Shown in pieces: positions 23,251 to 35,200 of a DNA stretch of 64,000 nt (the stretch's first letter is position 1; the number at the start of each line of letters is the position of its first letter). The position numbers and the translations under genes are program-made. Below the pieces are notes generated by a model. That model was not told the DNA's origin and searched no databases. It saw only the letters and a list, made by a program, of their open reading frames with translations. The stretch is from Raillietiella orientalis. Its lineage: Eukaryota. The stretch is from assembly GCA_036172245.1 (NCBI GenBank), contig JAYWIR010000007.1, positions 1-64,000 on the forward strand, in the 5' to 3' direction.

Positions 23251-25039
23251 TCTAGGGTGGTCCAACGTTTCCTTGGCGACGTGGAAACCTTCCCTCCCCC
23301 CCCCCTCCCCCCGAGGCTTTCGAACCCCACGAGGAGAGGGTGGAGCAAAATAGACGGGTTCCACCCCCCCTTACGCGAAAGTGTCCCGAAGGGCGTCTGG
23401 ACACGTGCTGAGGAAGGGGCGGAGAGGCGGCGGCTCTCGACCGCGCGTCGCCCCAACCCGTCGGGTAGAGCCGGTGGTCACCCCATGGTCGCAAGGAGTA
23501 ATAGAGGCCTCCGCTCCCCGCGAGGAGTCGAGTGCACGCCTCCCCCCTCTCTCCCTCCCCGAAGCGCACATGTGCCACTTGGGACTTCACCCCCTCTTGC
23601 CGTGGGAGTTCGGGATGGGGTTCGGCACCTCGGCACGCTCCCCCCGCTTCCTCCGCATCCAGCTGCTCCGCGCAAAAGCAGAGACCCCGAGGGAGCCTTG
23701 TGGCTAGGAGTGCCGGAGTCGAGGACGAAGGAGGAGGAGGGCGGCGCCGGGATGCCTCCATGCCCCGCGGCGGGACACGCTGGAATGCTCCGTCCCTCCC
23801 CTCCCCTCTCTCCCCTGCTACTGCCGCCGCCTCCCCCACAGTCGGGATCCCGTGGGTCTTGTGGCATGGGGATCGCGCAGCCGCCGTTGGGCCACGTGTG
23901 CGTCGGTGGAGAGAGGGGGAGGGGGCGGAGCGCAGCTGCCGCCGCCCTCTCTTCCCTTCCTTTCAAGATGGCGGCCTCTCGCGCGCTTCGCAGGAAGGCT
24001 GTAGGTTTGCGCGGCGACGGATTTCCGGAGGGCGGGGTCGGCAACCCGGATGCATGACCAAGCTCCCGGGTCAAGCGTGGCCCGCGCCAAAGACGTCACG
24101 ACGGTGCCGGGGAAGAGGGGAGAGAGAGGTCGATCGTTGACGCGCGCGCGCTTGTGACTCGGCAGATGCGGACACCCCGCGCCTCTGATCTCCCGCTCGG
24201 ACGAGGCCCACAGACGGGGGGGACTTTCAGGGACGCGACGACCCACCCTTTTTAGGTATGACAACGACCCCATTTTTCCTTCGACGACCCCACTTGGTCA
24301 CGGGAAACACCGCGCCCAAGTGGCGGCCTCGAAGGAAAAATCGAAATCCCGCGTTTATTCAAACCTGGAACGGGAAGCGGCACGAAGACATCCCGCATCC
24401 CATCGCTCGACTTTGTGACGCCATCATGGGTGCTCAGGATGCATGGAAGCCCGGGAGGTCGGACCCTCTTTTCGGACCCTCTTCGCGACCGCCACTCGGT
24501 GCCGCTGCCTGCCCTTTTCTTCCCCCTCCCCATCCTGGGATCCTCGGAGCTGCGCAGCTGCTTCGCGAAAACCGAGGATGCGAGCGACCCTTCGCATTCG
24601 TTCCCGTTTCACCGGAAAGATGGCGTCTCCTCCCCCTGAAACCAGGACCAAAGCTATCCCCAGCGGCTTTCGGGATGGACCGCGGAGCGCCCTCTTTTCC
24701 TCTGGTGGTCCGCCACCGACCTCCACGACCGAGCGCCCACCCCTCCCAGGTAGACAAACCCCATCTCCCCCCCCCCCCTCCTTTATCGCTACGCGCGACG
24801 CGCAGTCGCAGGCCCTTCCTGCCGTCAGCCACAGGTGAGCCGTTTAAAAGCCGGTCCCAAGGTCACAACGAAAGCAGCTGCCGCTCTCTGTCTTCTTTTT
24901 CTCTTTTTGGCGCACTGCCTGTCGCCGCAAGGTCGGGATCGAAGGGGCCGCTGCCCAGCAGCTCGACCCATCGGTGTTCCTTGGCAGCCGCAAGTTCTCG
25001 TTTCCCTAGCGACGGGTCACTCTGAGGTGCCACTTACCA

Positions 25040-25780
25040 AGCGGTCCTACGAAGGGTCGGCGGTGGTCTCGTGGCGTGCCGAACGTCGCGGGTTCGAATC
25101 CCGTCCCCGAAGAAGCGTCGACGGCGAGCAATGGGGAGGCGCGTCATGGGGTTCCGAACCCTCCCAAAGGATGGAGGTGGTTGGGCTGTTCGGGCCCCCG
25201 TTGAGCGCCCGGGATCAGGAAGCTGACCCTCCGGGGGTTCCTTCCAGGAACCGAGGAGCCCTTCGAGGTTTCCCCTCCGGTTGTGGGGATGAAGCCGTCC
25301 CACTCCTAGAGGGCACCCTCCATCTCGTACCATAGGGCTGGTTGGCTGATGCCTCTCCAGGATGTCAAGAGGTGCGCTGCTCCCTTAAGGGCACACCCTT
25401 CCAGGGAAATTCAGGAGCATCCCTTCGAGATTCTCTTCAGAGCAGTAAAACAAGGAGCGGTTTCTTTTCCGGAGGGTCCCTCCCAAGAAGTGAAGAATTC
25501 CCCGCCCTCCCCTTCCCTTACGGAGGACCCCTCTGAAGAGAACGAGAGGTTCCCTCCAGTTTGTTTTTTTTTTTCGGATACAACCACCTTTCTCTGGGGG
25601 ACCTTCCTGGATCCACCCCGGAGGAGTCACCCCCTAACAACCTGAAGAGTTGCACGCACCCTGGGGTGGCGTGGGCGACGTAGAAAAGCTTCGTGAGCGC
25701 CTCCCCCTCCTTAAGGAGCACTCTGTGAACCTAGAAAAAAAAAAAAGGCTGGAAGGAAAGCAGGGAAAGGCGGCGGAAGG
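25040..25780 (+). mobile_element. tRNA-derived SINE-like element, copy A
   Basis: Pol III B-box GGTTCGAATCC near 25091; body blocks shared with 28870-29200 and 34780-35200. Confidence 0.6.
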
Positions 25781-25799
25781 ACCCGGAAGGATTTCCACC

Positions 25800-27153
25800 T
25801 TCCCAGGTCAGCATTGGTGGCGGTCTCCCCGCGAGGTCGCCGCTGGCCTTTTGCAAAAAAGAGGAAGGAAAAAAAGTGTTGCCGGTTGCCCGGTCACCCA
25901 TCGCTGCCTGCTCGTTACGCGCCACGTTTCTTGTTTGCCATCCGCCACTTCCGGTGCCGGAGAAAACGCAGGGCGTAGCGAACGGGCGAGCCTCCCAGAG
26001 GCGCCCTCCCTCCCGTCCCGGTGCCGCAACAGCAGCGCCCGGAGGTCTTTATTACGCGGCGGAATGGTGCCTCGTGCGGCTGGGGCCTCGTCATCGTCGC
26101 GGGGGAGGGTCAAACGGGTCCTTCTCGATTTGTGATATCGCCGAACCCCTCCCCTTCCCCCCCTCTTCTTTCCTCCCCCCCTCCGCGGAAGACCGGAGGA
26201 AGACTCGACGGGCGAGACGGCCCCGAAAGGTCGCGCGCGTTTCTCACCCTGTTCGCACGGCGGCAGGCGAGGAACGCACCGCCGTCAACCGCGGAAGGGT
26301 TGGCAGGAATGCGTCTGGAATTCGCACGCTTGAACGCCGGTGGGCAGGCGTGCCGTCGCATTCCTTTCGTTCCGGCTCGGGCGCGAGCGCTCACGACGAC
26401 GGGACGGGGCGCGAGGTGGTCACCTGCCCTTTCGACACGCGCGCGGCACGCGGATCCGCCGCCGCCTCCAAAGAGGCTGACCGGTTGGCCCCCCTCTTCT
26501 GCCTTCCTGTGGGGGTCGGGAGCTGCGGTGCAGCCGTAGATCCCGCTTCCTCGAAGACACCCTGCCCCCCTCCCCCCTCATCTCGCGGCGCAACGGGCGG
26601 CAACCCTGCAGGCAGCAGCGGCGGCTTCGCCGCATTCCTCTTCCGGAGGCCATTCTTCTCCCTACCACCGTCCCCTCTCGGTGGCGATGCAGCTTCTTGG
26701 CACTCCTCTCTGTGGCCGCCTTCGCTCCCGGCTGTGCCTCCTTGGGGAGCGCCCCATCCCACACCCGTGCTCTCGTGTGCAGCCTACTTCGCACGCCCCC
26801 CACACCGCTCCAGCTTGAGAGAGCGCCTCCCGCGCGGGATGCGCAGGAGTATGGTGAAAGAGTTCCTCCCTTGCAGCCTCCTTATCCACTGCGCCAGCAG
26901 CAGTCCGGGTACGATTTCCCGATGGCGCGGCGAAATGGCGGTATCCCGGGTCAAGACCATCATCTCCGGAGCGGACTCCGACCCGATCCGCTGCTCCGGG
27001 AACGCCGCGTGCCTGGTGGAGGAACTCGGTGGCGGGAAGGATCGAGGAAGAGAAAAAGAGGGACGACCGTCGCGGGACATTCGGGAGTCCGGGAACCAGG
27101 GGCCGCTGAAGGAGTTCCTGGCGTCAGCGAAGGAAGGGTGTGCTGGAACGTGA
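25800..27153 (+). mobile_element. Decayed 3' part of an RNase H-bearing LINE (I/Ingi-like)
   Basis: WAGVPSH (~RNase H WVPSH), SLLIHC (zinc-knuckle HLLxxC remnant) and a terminal LKEFL. Confidence 0.4.
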
Positions 27154-27649
27154 AGTGCCCCCGGGACACGTGCCGGATGCACCCGTCGGGGCTGGAGGCC
27201 TCGGAAAAGTCGTCGTCCCTGGGAACCACAGTCCCATCCCGCGAAAAAGACCGAAAGGGCGTCTGACTGCGGAGGCGGGGTAGGGATTCCCACCTGGCGT
27301 CTGGTGCGTCCCCTCCCGCGTCGGAGTGCGACGAAACGAGAGCGCCCGGAACCCCTCGTACCGCCGCCTTCTTGCAGTTCCTTGCTAATGGCGATGGCGA
27401 GCCTCGCATCGGCGACCAAGCGCCTCCATCCAGGTTTCTAGGCAGCCTCCCCTTCTCCAGGAGAACTCTTGGGGGTTCCTGGAAACCTCTGAATCGTCCC
27501 GCAATGCCCCCTCCCCCCTGCTCGCAGCCCCCGCCATCTCCGCCCGCATCGGCCGGCATCCCTCGAAGCTGATCCTCTCTGATCCGTGCCGAAGGACGTG
27601 CGAGGCGAATCGATCCTCATCGGTCATCGGCGCGGGATGGCGGCGGGGT

Positions 27650-28860
27650 TTCCCTCGCGCCTCCGGGCTCAGGGAGACGGAGGCTGCCCTCTCCCGCACG
27701 CACGCGTCCTCCGTCCCGAGGGGGCACCATTTCCGTGCGCCGCCGCTGCTGGCTCTTCCAGCGCTCCGTTCGAGGGTCGGCCGAGAATAGATGGCCTCTC
27801 GGATTGGGGCTGGCGAGCATCGGGAGGGCCCCTCCGCAAGGGACGCTCCCTGCTTGCCAGCCCGTTTCGTTCGATGCGCTCTCCAGACACGTTCCCGATG
27901 CTGGGGACGGTCTCCATCTGAGCTCGTTCCGAGGGATGCGAACGTCCTCCATCGCAGTGAGCGTGACCTCCCCACCAGGAGACCCCCCACCGGCTGCGTG
28001 CCCTCGAGAAGGTGCACGAAGGAATTCGGCCGGCGGTCCAGCCCGTGTGCCTAGCGGATGCTGGACGGGCCATTTCCTGCTAATGCGCTCGCTCCCCCTC
28101 CATACACGCTTGAGGTCCGCTCTGACGTCATCCTCTCTTGCAGTGGGTTCCATGAGCCCGGTGGTCATCTCCCTGGATGCTGATGCTCCTTCCCAGTAAA
28201 CCTACCAGCACGATTGCTTCCTCGTCACCCCGAGGCGGCAAACCCGGTCGCAGCCTACTGTTCCTGTGGGCTGATCGGAAGCCACTGGCCTCTCGCGCGG
28301 CTCTCCCCTGTCCGGGTTGACAGTTCGCTCCGCCTCCTGATGGTCCTTCCCCTCGCTCCAGTTCCAGCGTTTGAGCATGTGGCCGAAGGGGACTCCCTCC
28401 CCCGCCCCGCGCCGCCTCTGTGCCGCGCATGCGATGGGTGCCGTTCCCGGTGGGCGTCGCCAGCGCAGGTGCGGAACCGAGCCGCGCCGCGCGGACAAAC
28501 CCATCGTCGGAAGGTCTTGAACTTTCGGCGGCGGGCAGGAAGTGCTCTGGAGGAGGATGACCGCGGCCTCCCCTTCGCCCCGATGCTTGCGGGATGAGGT
28601 GAGGCTAGGACTCCTTGAGCCGGACTCCGCGCATTGGCGACGCTCCCTCGCCCGCGGCCGCTCGAGACTGCGCCCCTAGTTGCCGCTGGGCTCCGGGTTC
28701 GCTTCCGTCGAGGTCCCTCGCACCCTCACTCTGACCAGAGCTTGTCATCCTGTCGTCCGGATGCTCCTGAGGTCGCCCTCTGGGTCCCTTTCATCTCCCT
28801 CCATGGATCCCGACGTGGACGCTCCCGAATCCTCTCGCTTCGGCTGCTGGATGCGCTCTC
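27650..28860 (-). mobile_element. Decayed RTE-like LINE 3' fragment
   Basis: RSLRWRTF (~RLRWxGH) and adjacent post-RT-like peptides; weak. Confidence 0.25.
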
Positions 28861-28869
28861 CTCCGGAAT

Positions 28870-29200
28870 TGGTCCGCGTTCGCGGCCGCATGGCCATGGT
28901 CTCCGTGGGCTGAGGCACCGGGCGTCGTGGGTTCCAATCCCGCCCGGGAGAGGGTCGGCTCTGACAAATGAGGGGTGCGTCGTCGCTAGTTTCGCCTCTC
29001 TCCCGCAGGATGGCGCTGGTTGGCCTATTCGGGTGCGGCAGCACTGTTGGAAGCCGGATGCTCCCGTTGACTGGCCAGGATCGGAAGTCAACCCCCTGGG
29101 GTACTTCCGGGACATCAAGGAGTTGGTTCGGTTGCCTTCGGGAATCCCCCCCCCCGGTTGTGAAAGTGAAGCCGCATCATGGAGATGGTTGAGCAGCGTA
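28870..29200 (+). mobile_element. tRNA-derived SINE-like element, copy B
   Basis: CGTCGTGGGTTCCAATCCCG (B-box) and body blocks collinear with copy A, e.g. CCCGTTGA..GGATCGGAAG..ACCC..GGGG..CTTCC and CCGGTTGTG..TGAAGCCG. Confidence 0.65.
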
Positions 29201-29329
29201 AGAGCACTGGGACCACGAGCCTTCTCTCTTGTCCCCAGGCGGGAGCCGCATTTCTCAAGATTGTCATCGGGTCATGCTAGCCCGCGGGTCCGTTCCTGAA
29301 GGGCCGGAAATTTCAGAACCGTCAAGAAG

Positions 29330-30350
29330 CAGTTCTGTTTATTGAGCGAGCAGCATAAAATGAAGGATGATGGTTCTTGACCATCTCCGTCGCCATGCCT
29401 TGTCCACCTCGTTCGAATCGCACGTGTAAAGAGCCTCCGCCCGCATCCGCATCAGTTGGTACCAGTTCTTCATAGAACTCGATTTTCCGGGTGAGTCTTC
29501 CGTCGGGAGGATGCCCCAACCCATGGGTTCCGTCTATATCGCGGCCACATTGGTCGTTAGGGACGACCGTGAGGCACCTCATTTCGCCGAGGTGAAGTCG
29601 AGTTCGCGCGTTACTTCTCCATCATGGGGGTACACCAGGACCCTAGAGAGCCAACAGCGAGGTCACCTCCGGTGGTCACCTGAGCACCATTCGTCGACGA
29701 GAGGGCAGTGATGTCTTTGCATTCTGTCGCCTCGCTTCGTCGAGCACTTTTTCTGAATGCTCGGAGAGCTGTCGAAGGGCAGGGAGCGTCCAGGACGAGC
29801 ATTCTTCCCTTCTTGCCCCACACGTGCATGAAGATAAGAATCCCCTCCGGGGATGAGCTGCCTGTAGGAAACCACTGCCCGGTTCCCTTGCGCCGCCGCC
29901 CTCAGCCGGCGAAAAGCCGGACAGAAGAGAGTGCCACGAACAGCGATCCAGAACGCGTCCCATCCCAGGTCACTCGCCACCTTCTGCAGCTGCGATCTTT
30001 TCCTCCTTCCGACCGGGAGACCGTTAATCGAGCAGGATGGGATACCCCTCCTAAGTGAGGGGGGTGTTCGCAGCTCCCGTGCGATGCAAAGGCGCATGAC
30101 GTGACCTTTCCCTGGTCTCTGCCATGCTCTATCAGGGAGCACCGCGCGTGAAAAGTCGCGAGGTCGCCATCTTGCGCATCACAGCTTCACTCTGGGGATC
30201 TGAGAATCGGACAAAGCAGACTATTGGGGCCCGAATTCCGAGCCAGCCGCGAAACCTACTGGGAGCGTCGGCTAGGGCACACTACAAACTGTGGAGCCGG
30301 GAGACTGCGCGGTCGACTTCCTAGAGGAAGACCAACTAACCTTTGACTTC
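29330..30350 (-). mobile_element. Decayed RTE-clade LINE 3' fragment
   Basis: GHPPDGRLTRKIEFYEELVPTDADAGG resembles RTE GHxxRMxDxRLPKxxxYGELxxGxRxxGG. Confidence 0.5.
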
Positions 30351-33300
30351 GTTCGCACGCGACAGTCAACCAGGCGGTCTCGTGTACCACGGCGCTGAGA
30401 GGGAGACCGCGGGTTCGAATGCTCGAGGGGGGATCTCCCGAAAGGGAGCGGCGGCAGGCTAGCCGAGAACCCATCGCTGGTCTCTCAGAGACGCAACCGA
30501 GTCAGCTTTAGGGAGGCATTCTCAGGGCTTCTTGGTCCTTCGGTTTGCTCGGATGCCGCTCATGGAATGCGGCACCGCAAAGGCGAGGTCTGATTGCGAA
30601 AGATAACGAAAGGGATGAGGGACTTGCGATCTGACCCCCCTCGTCCTGGCGTTTCTTTCATCATTCGAAATGCTCAGCCACTTCCGGGAGAAGGCAGCTT
30701 GTCTTCAGCACGCCGGCTGCAGCAGGAGACGGAAAACGTCGTTGCGGACGTGGAAGCTAACGGAGCAAAGAATAGCGTCCCACCGGGGAGCGGTTCTTCT
30801 TGAGGGTGTCCCGATACCCCAGAGGGGTGATAGCCTCTTCTTGAGGGAGTTCCGGGCAGACATGACACCCGTGTCTTGCGCTACCTCGGCGGTCGTTTTC
30901 GTCGACCGGAAGTGGAGGCAGCGGGCGATTTGTTCCCCGTCCCTTTCCCCCTCCCCCCCGTTTCCAGCAAAAGAGGGAGATCCTGTTAGAGTGCTGCAGC
31001 TGCTGGATTGAAGGAGGGAAGTCCGAAGGAACTCTTCTTTGTGTGCCAGAAGATTCGGAGGGAAGCTGGGGAAACCGGCGTTCCAGAGGTCGCTGCTGCG
31101 CGCCCGAACCAGAGTCGGAATGCCCCTTGGGTCCAGCCAGGATGCAGAGATCGGCGAGGAAGGCGTGCCCCGGAGCAGCACGCGGGCAAATACCAGGAGC
31201 GCGCCGTGGGGGAGGCTACGGAAGTTGCGCGCGCGCTCCCAGCTCGCGATTCGGCGGTGAAAAATCCGTCTCTTAAAACGGACGGTCCAGATCGGATCTC
31301 ACCGACGACCCCGCACACCTTCCGTTGCGCAACGGGAGCGGGCGTGTCTCTCCGGCGCGCGCGTCTTTCCCAACGACGAGGAAGGAAAGGAGGGGGAGAG
31401 GATCCGTCGCAGCCGGCGGAAGAAGACTGCAGAGGGGAAAGCCCTGCCTCCTCCTCCTCCCTGCGAACGACGAGCGCTCGACCTGCAGCTCTCTCTCCGG
31501 GGTTCATCTGAGAGAGGAAAAAAGAAAGAAAGCAAAGGAGGAAGGAAAGCGTGAAAGAACGATCCCGGTTTGCCCCGCGCCTGCCACCGGTCACCGCGCG
31601 CATTCCAACGGAGTCCAATTACGGGGGGGGGAGGGGGCAACCGTATCGGGCAGGTAAATCGGCCAAACGCTTCTTCGGCAGCGGGAAACGCAAGCAGCGC
31701 GAACACGCAGGACCTCCTCGTCTCTCCCTCCCTCCCTCCCTGCCTCTCCCTCTCTCTCTCTCGGGAGCGAGCCAGGTAAACGCGTGCAACGCCTGCCTCC
31801 CACGTGACAACCATCCCATGCAGATATGATGATGGCAATTGATTCCGAGCAAAACTAATTTCCTCCGGGAGAATGGGAAAAAAAAAAAATCATCCGCGGA
31901 TCCAGCGTGTGTAGCTTGGAAGCCATTACTTTTATGGTCTGCGCGCCCGAGACAGGGAACTGCGCGTCTACGCTCGAGAGAGGTAAACACGGCTCACAGG
32001 AGCGCGCGCGAGCGCGCGCGCGCGCGCAGACTGGAAGGGGGGGCACGAAAGAAGGAGGAGGCTGTGTGTGTGCCTGCCCTTCGTCCGCCGTGGCGGCGCT
32101 CCTGTCTCCCCCATCTCGACGTCCGATGCCGCCGCCGCCGCCGCCGATTCACGGGTTCGGGCAAAAGGCTTTTCTCGAGGGCCCTGGAAACGGAGCGCCT
32201 CTCCCCCCCCTACTCCTCTTCCTCCCCGTTTGGTCTCGCGGGGGAGTCGGCTCCCAATCAGATTTTCCTTACGGTGGAGGAGCTTCCTTAAGGAGGAGGA
32301 AGGGAAGAGGGGAGGGGTGCTTGCCCCTGGGCCACTCCCTGACGCTCGTTGCTGTCTTTGCGGAGTCTGCGCCCCGAAGCCGGCAGCGATGCATCCACCG
32401 CATGACGGTTGCCCCCCCCCCCCCCCCCACCAACAACTTTCCATCAGCGTCGTCGTTTTTATTCGCCCTCGTCGGGTGGTGTTGTTTTCCTGCGAGAGTC
32501 ATTAACCCAACTCCGAATGGCCCGCGTGGAATCTCTTGATCAACAGCTGGAACAGATGCCTCAGCGCTCCTTGAATTTTTCGCAGCGACCACTATAAAAT
32601 GGGCAGCGCACGCTACTCCGGGATTAACGGCGCGGGGTGCCTACAGCGTGGCTGCAATGTGGCGCAGTCTTTTCCTCTCTCTCTCTTTTTTTTTTTTTTT
32701 TTTTTTTTTTATGTACTCTTCGATCCGCGCGGTGTCTGCTGATCGGTGTGGATGAGGGCAGCCAGCAGCCGCCGCCACTGCGTTTCGGGTGGCCCCCCCC
32801 CTCCCCCCCGGCACTAGAGATTACGAGCCCCGCCGCCGTGTCGCTGTCTCGAGGAGCAGAAACGGCATCCGAGGAATGCCAGATTCGTGTTTGCCCCTCC
32901 CGAAAGAGTCGTTCCTGCCTTTGATGCGAGCGGAGGTCGTCGGTAGCCGAGACGTCAGGTATCTGTAACGTGATCCATGTGCTCATTACGTTCCCTTACG
33001 CTTACGTATATATCTATATATAGGGAGAGAGACGGTCGGGTAAAGCTCCGCGGATGGACGCGACGTGGAAGTTCCCCCCGCGCGGATGCGAGGCGAGGAG
33101 CGCGCGCGTCGCGCACCCCACGGCGTGGACGACACGTCTGCCTGCCCCGATGCCATCATACCTTCGCGCCAGACGTCGCGTTTGGAACGCGAGCACGGGA
33201 GGGGCACACGTCATCCTGCGCATGCGCTCTCTTCCATTCGGGTGCCCATCAAGTACACGCCCTCTTATCCTGGATCGGTCACGACGGGCGCGCAGCAGCA

Positions 33301-34779
33301 CGGCGGCACTGACCACCGCGCAGCTGACCTTCGGATTTCAGGAGCGGTGGCGGCGCGGAGGGGAGAGGAAAGGGGGGGGGGGAGGGCTCGAGTGGGAATC
33401 GGAGAAGGCGTTTGAGCGGAAGCAGCCGATTCTGGTCGGCGACAGCGTCGGAAAAACAACCGCATGGTGGTGGTGGTGGTGGTGGTGGTGGCGCACGCTT
33501 GTGCGAGTGAACCAAAAGGGAGGGAGGGGAGTCGTGGGCGCGCGCTGGCGAGAAGGGGAGCGTGGGAGGATGGCGCACGGAGGCAAGCGAGACCCCTGGG
33601 GCCAACAGGGCAGGCCGGGCTCGACAGGTCGTGCGAAGGAACTTTGCGCCGCCTCAGCCCGCGAGCAGTCGGGCAAGCGATCCGCCAGCGGACGACACCG
33701 ACCCGACCTCGAGACAGCAGCGCCAGCAGTGCGGCGGCCAAGAGTTCAGGGCAGGAGGGGGCAGCGCGGGGAGGGCGGGCGGTGGGCCGAAGCCCGAAAG
33801 TCAAAAAAAAAGGGGAAAGGGCAGGCGAAGGAACGGTCTCTCCCTTTTCGCCGCAGGGGGGGATCTTCCACGGGCGGAGCCGCTGGCCCGTGGACGGCGG
33901 AGACCGGGCCGGTCGCCAGCGCCGCCGCTCCCTTCCGCCGGGCTCCCCCGGGCGCAACCCACGGAAGTGCGCGCGCGCGCCTCCGACGCATCGTCCGCTC
34001 TCTTGTCAGGGCGCGCACTGACTCGGGTTACGGATTGCGTTACAGGAAGCTGCCGGCTGACGTCCCCATCAATCAACGTAACTAAATGTGACGAACGCGA
34101 TTCGGAATTGTCTCCGTTGGCCTGGTAACAGATACTTTATCTCCGGGTGTCCTTCCGCAAGAGCAAGTGCGAAATCCGGTGCACAAAAAAAGCACGCAGG
34201 TGAAAACCCTGAGTCATAACACCATCGTTCTTTTCAGCGAAACTCTCAGCTGCCTCGAAGGTGCATCGGCTCATCCATCTTCCGGTAATTAATTGAGATT
34301 TAATGATGCCTCCCTTCGTGTTCTGATTTCCCGAAAGGTTGTTGGGTCCCGTTAACACAGCTTCGTACACGGGAAAACAACATTCGTGCATGTTTTTGCC
34401 TATATCAAGTGGACGTTCGTGCACGTGTGCATGTTAATGTACTCGCGCACACATACCACGCCGTAAGAGCGCGCGCACGGCTGTCTGTTGCACGTACACA
34501 TGCACCGCACGTACACGGCAGATGGGTGGCGGCGGACGTAAGTGTGTGTGTGTGTATGGCGCACTGTACATGACCCGCATTATATTTCGCGTGTGGCGTA
34601 CGTGTGCCCTCCGCGTGCCGCCTTCGCAGGCCGGCGCGCGCGCGCCGTATTCCATTTACACACTCAAGTGTACGCAAATGTGCACGTGCGTGCATGCGTG
34701 CACCTGTCGGGGCCGGGCGTACAGTTCATCCCTGCGAAAGTGGGGTGGGGTGGGGACGGGAGCGGAAGTGGAGACGGCC

Positions 34780-35200
34780 CGCGTCGGCGGCCGCGGTTTC
34801 TCGGGTCGAGGGTTTCGAGCCCCTGGCCGGTTGGCCTTGGATGCTTCGGGTGCGGCGTCGGCGGGGAAGCCCTACCCCCCTCCCGTCGACCGGCCGGGAT
34901 CGGAAGCTCACCCTCCGGGGAGACTTTCCGGGAGCTCCGGTTCTCTCCCAGGAGTCAGGGAGCAACGGCATCCTTCCTCCGGAACCTTCCTGGATTCATA
35001 GGGTGGTTCTCTCCCGGGGTGCCTCCCGATCATGGCCACCCTCAGGGGGCGTGGACAGAGTCAAAGAGCTTCGTGAGCCTCCAGGAGAACAGCCTCCCCC
35101 CCCCCCCCCCACACACACACACAAGAGAAAGAAAACTCGGGGGAAAAAAGAAAGGCTGGAAGTCAAGCAGGGAAACGGAAGAACACAGAAGGATTTCCAT
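34780..35200 (+). mobile_element. SINE-like element, copy C
   Basis: Shares GGTTGGCCT..TTCGGGTGCGGC..CTCCCGTCGACCGGCCGGGATCGGAAGCTCACCCTCCGGGG with copies A/B, and ACCTTCCTGGAT..AAGCTTCGTGAGC..AAAGGCTGGAAG with the distal part of copy A. Confidence 0.6.

Noticed and set aside
25060..25110. tRNA gene (also near 28930, 30412 and 56136)
   Set aside because: Only a T-arm/B-box is present, no cloverleaf can be folded, and the flanks are shared repeat body, so these are SINE heads.
32950..33000. miR-275/miR-306-like sequence TCAGGTATCTG
   Set aside because: Seed mismatch and no convincing precursor hairpin; better explained as splice-site-like sequence.
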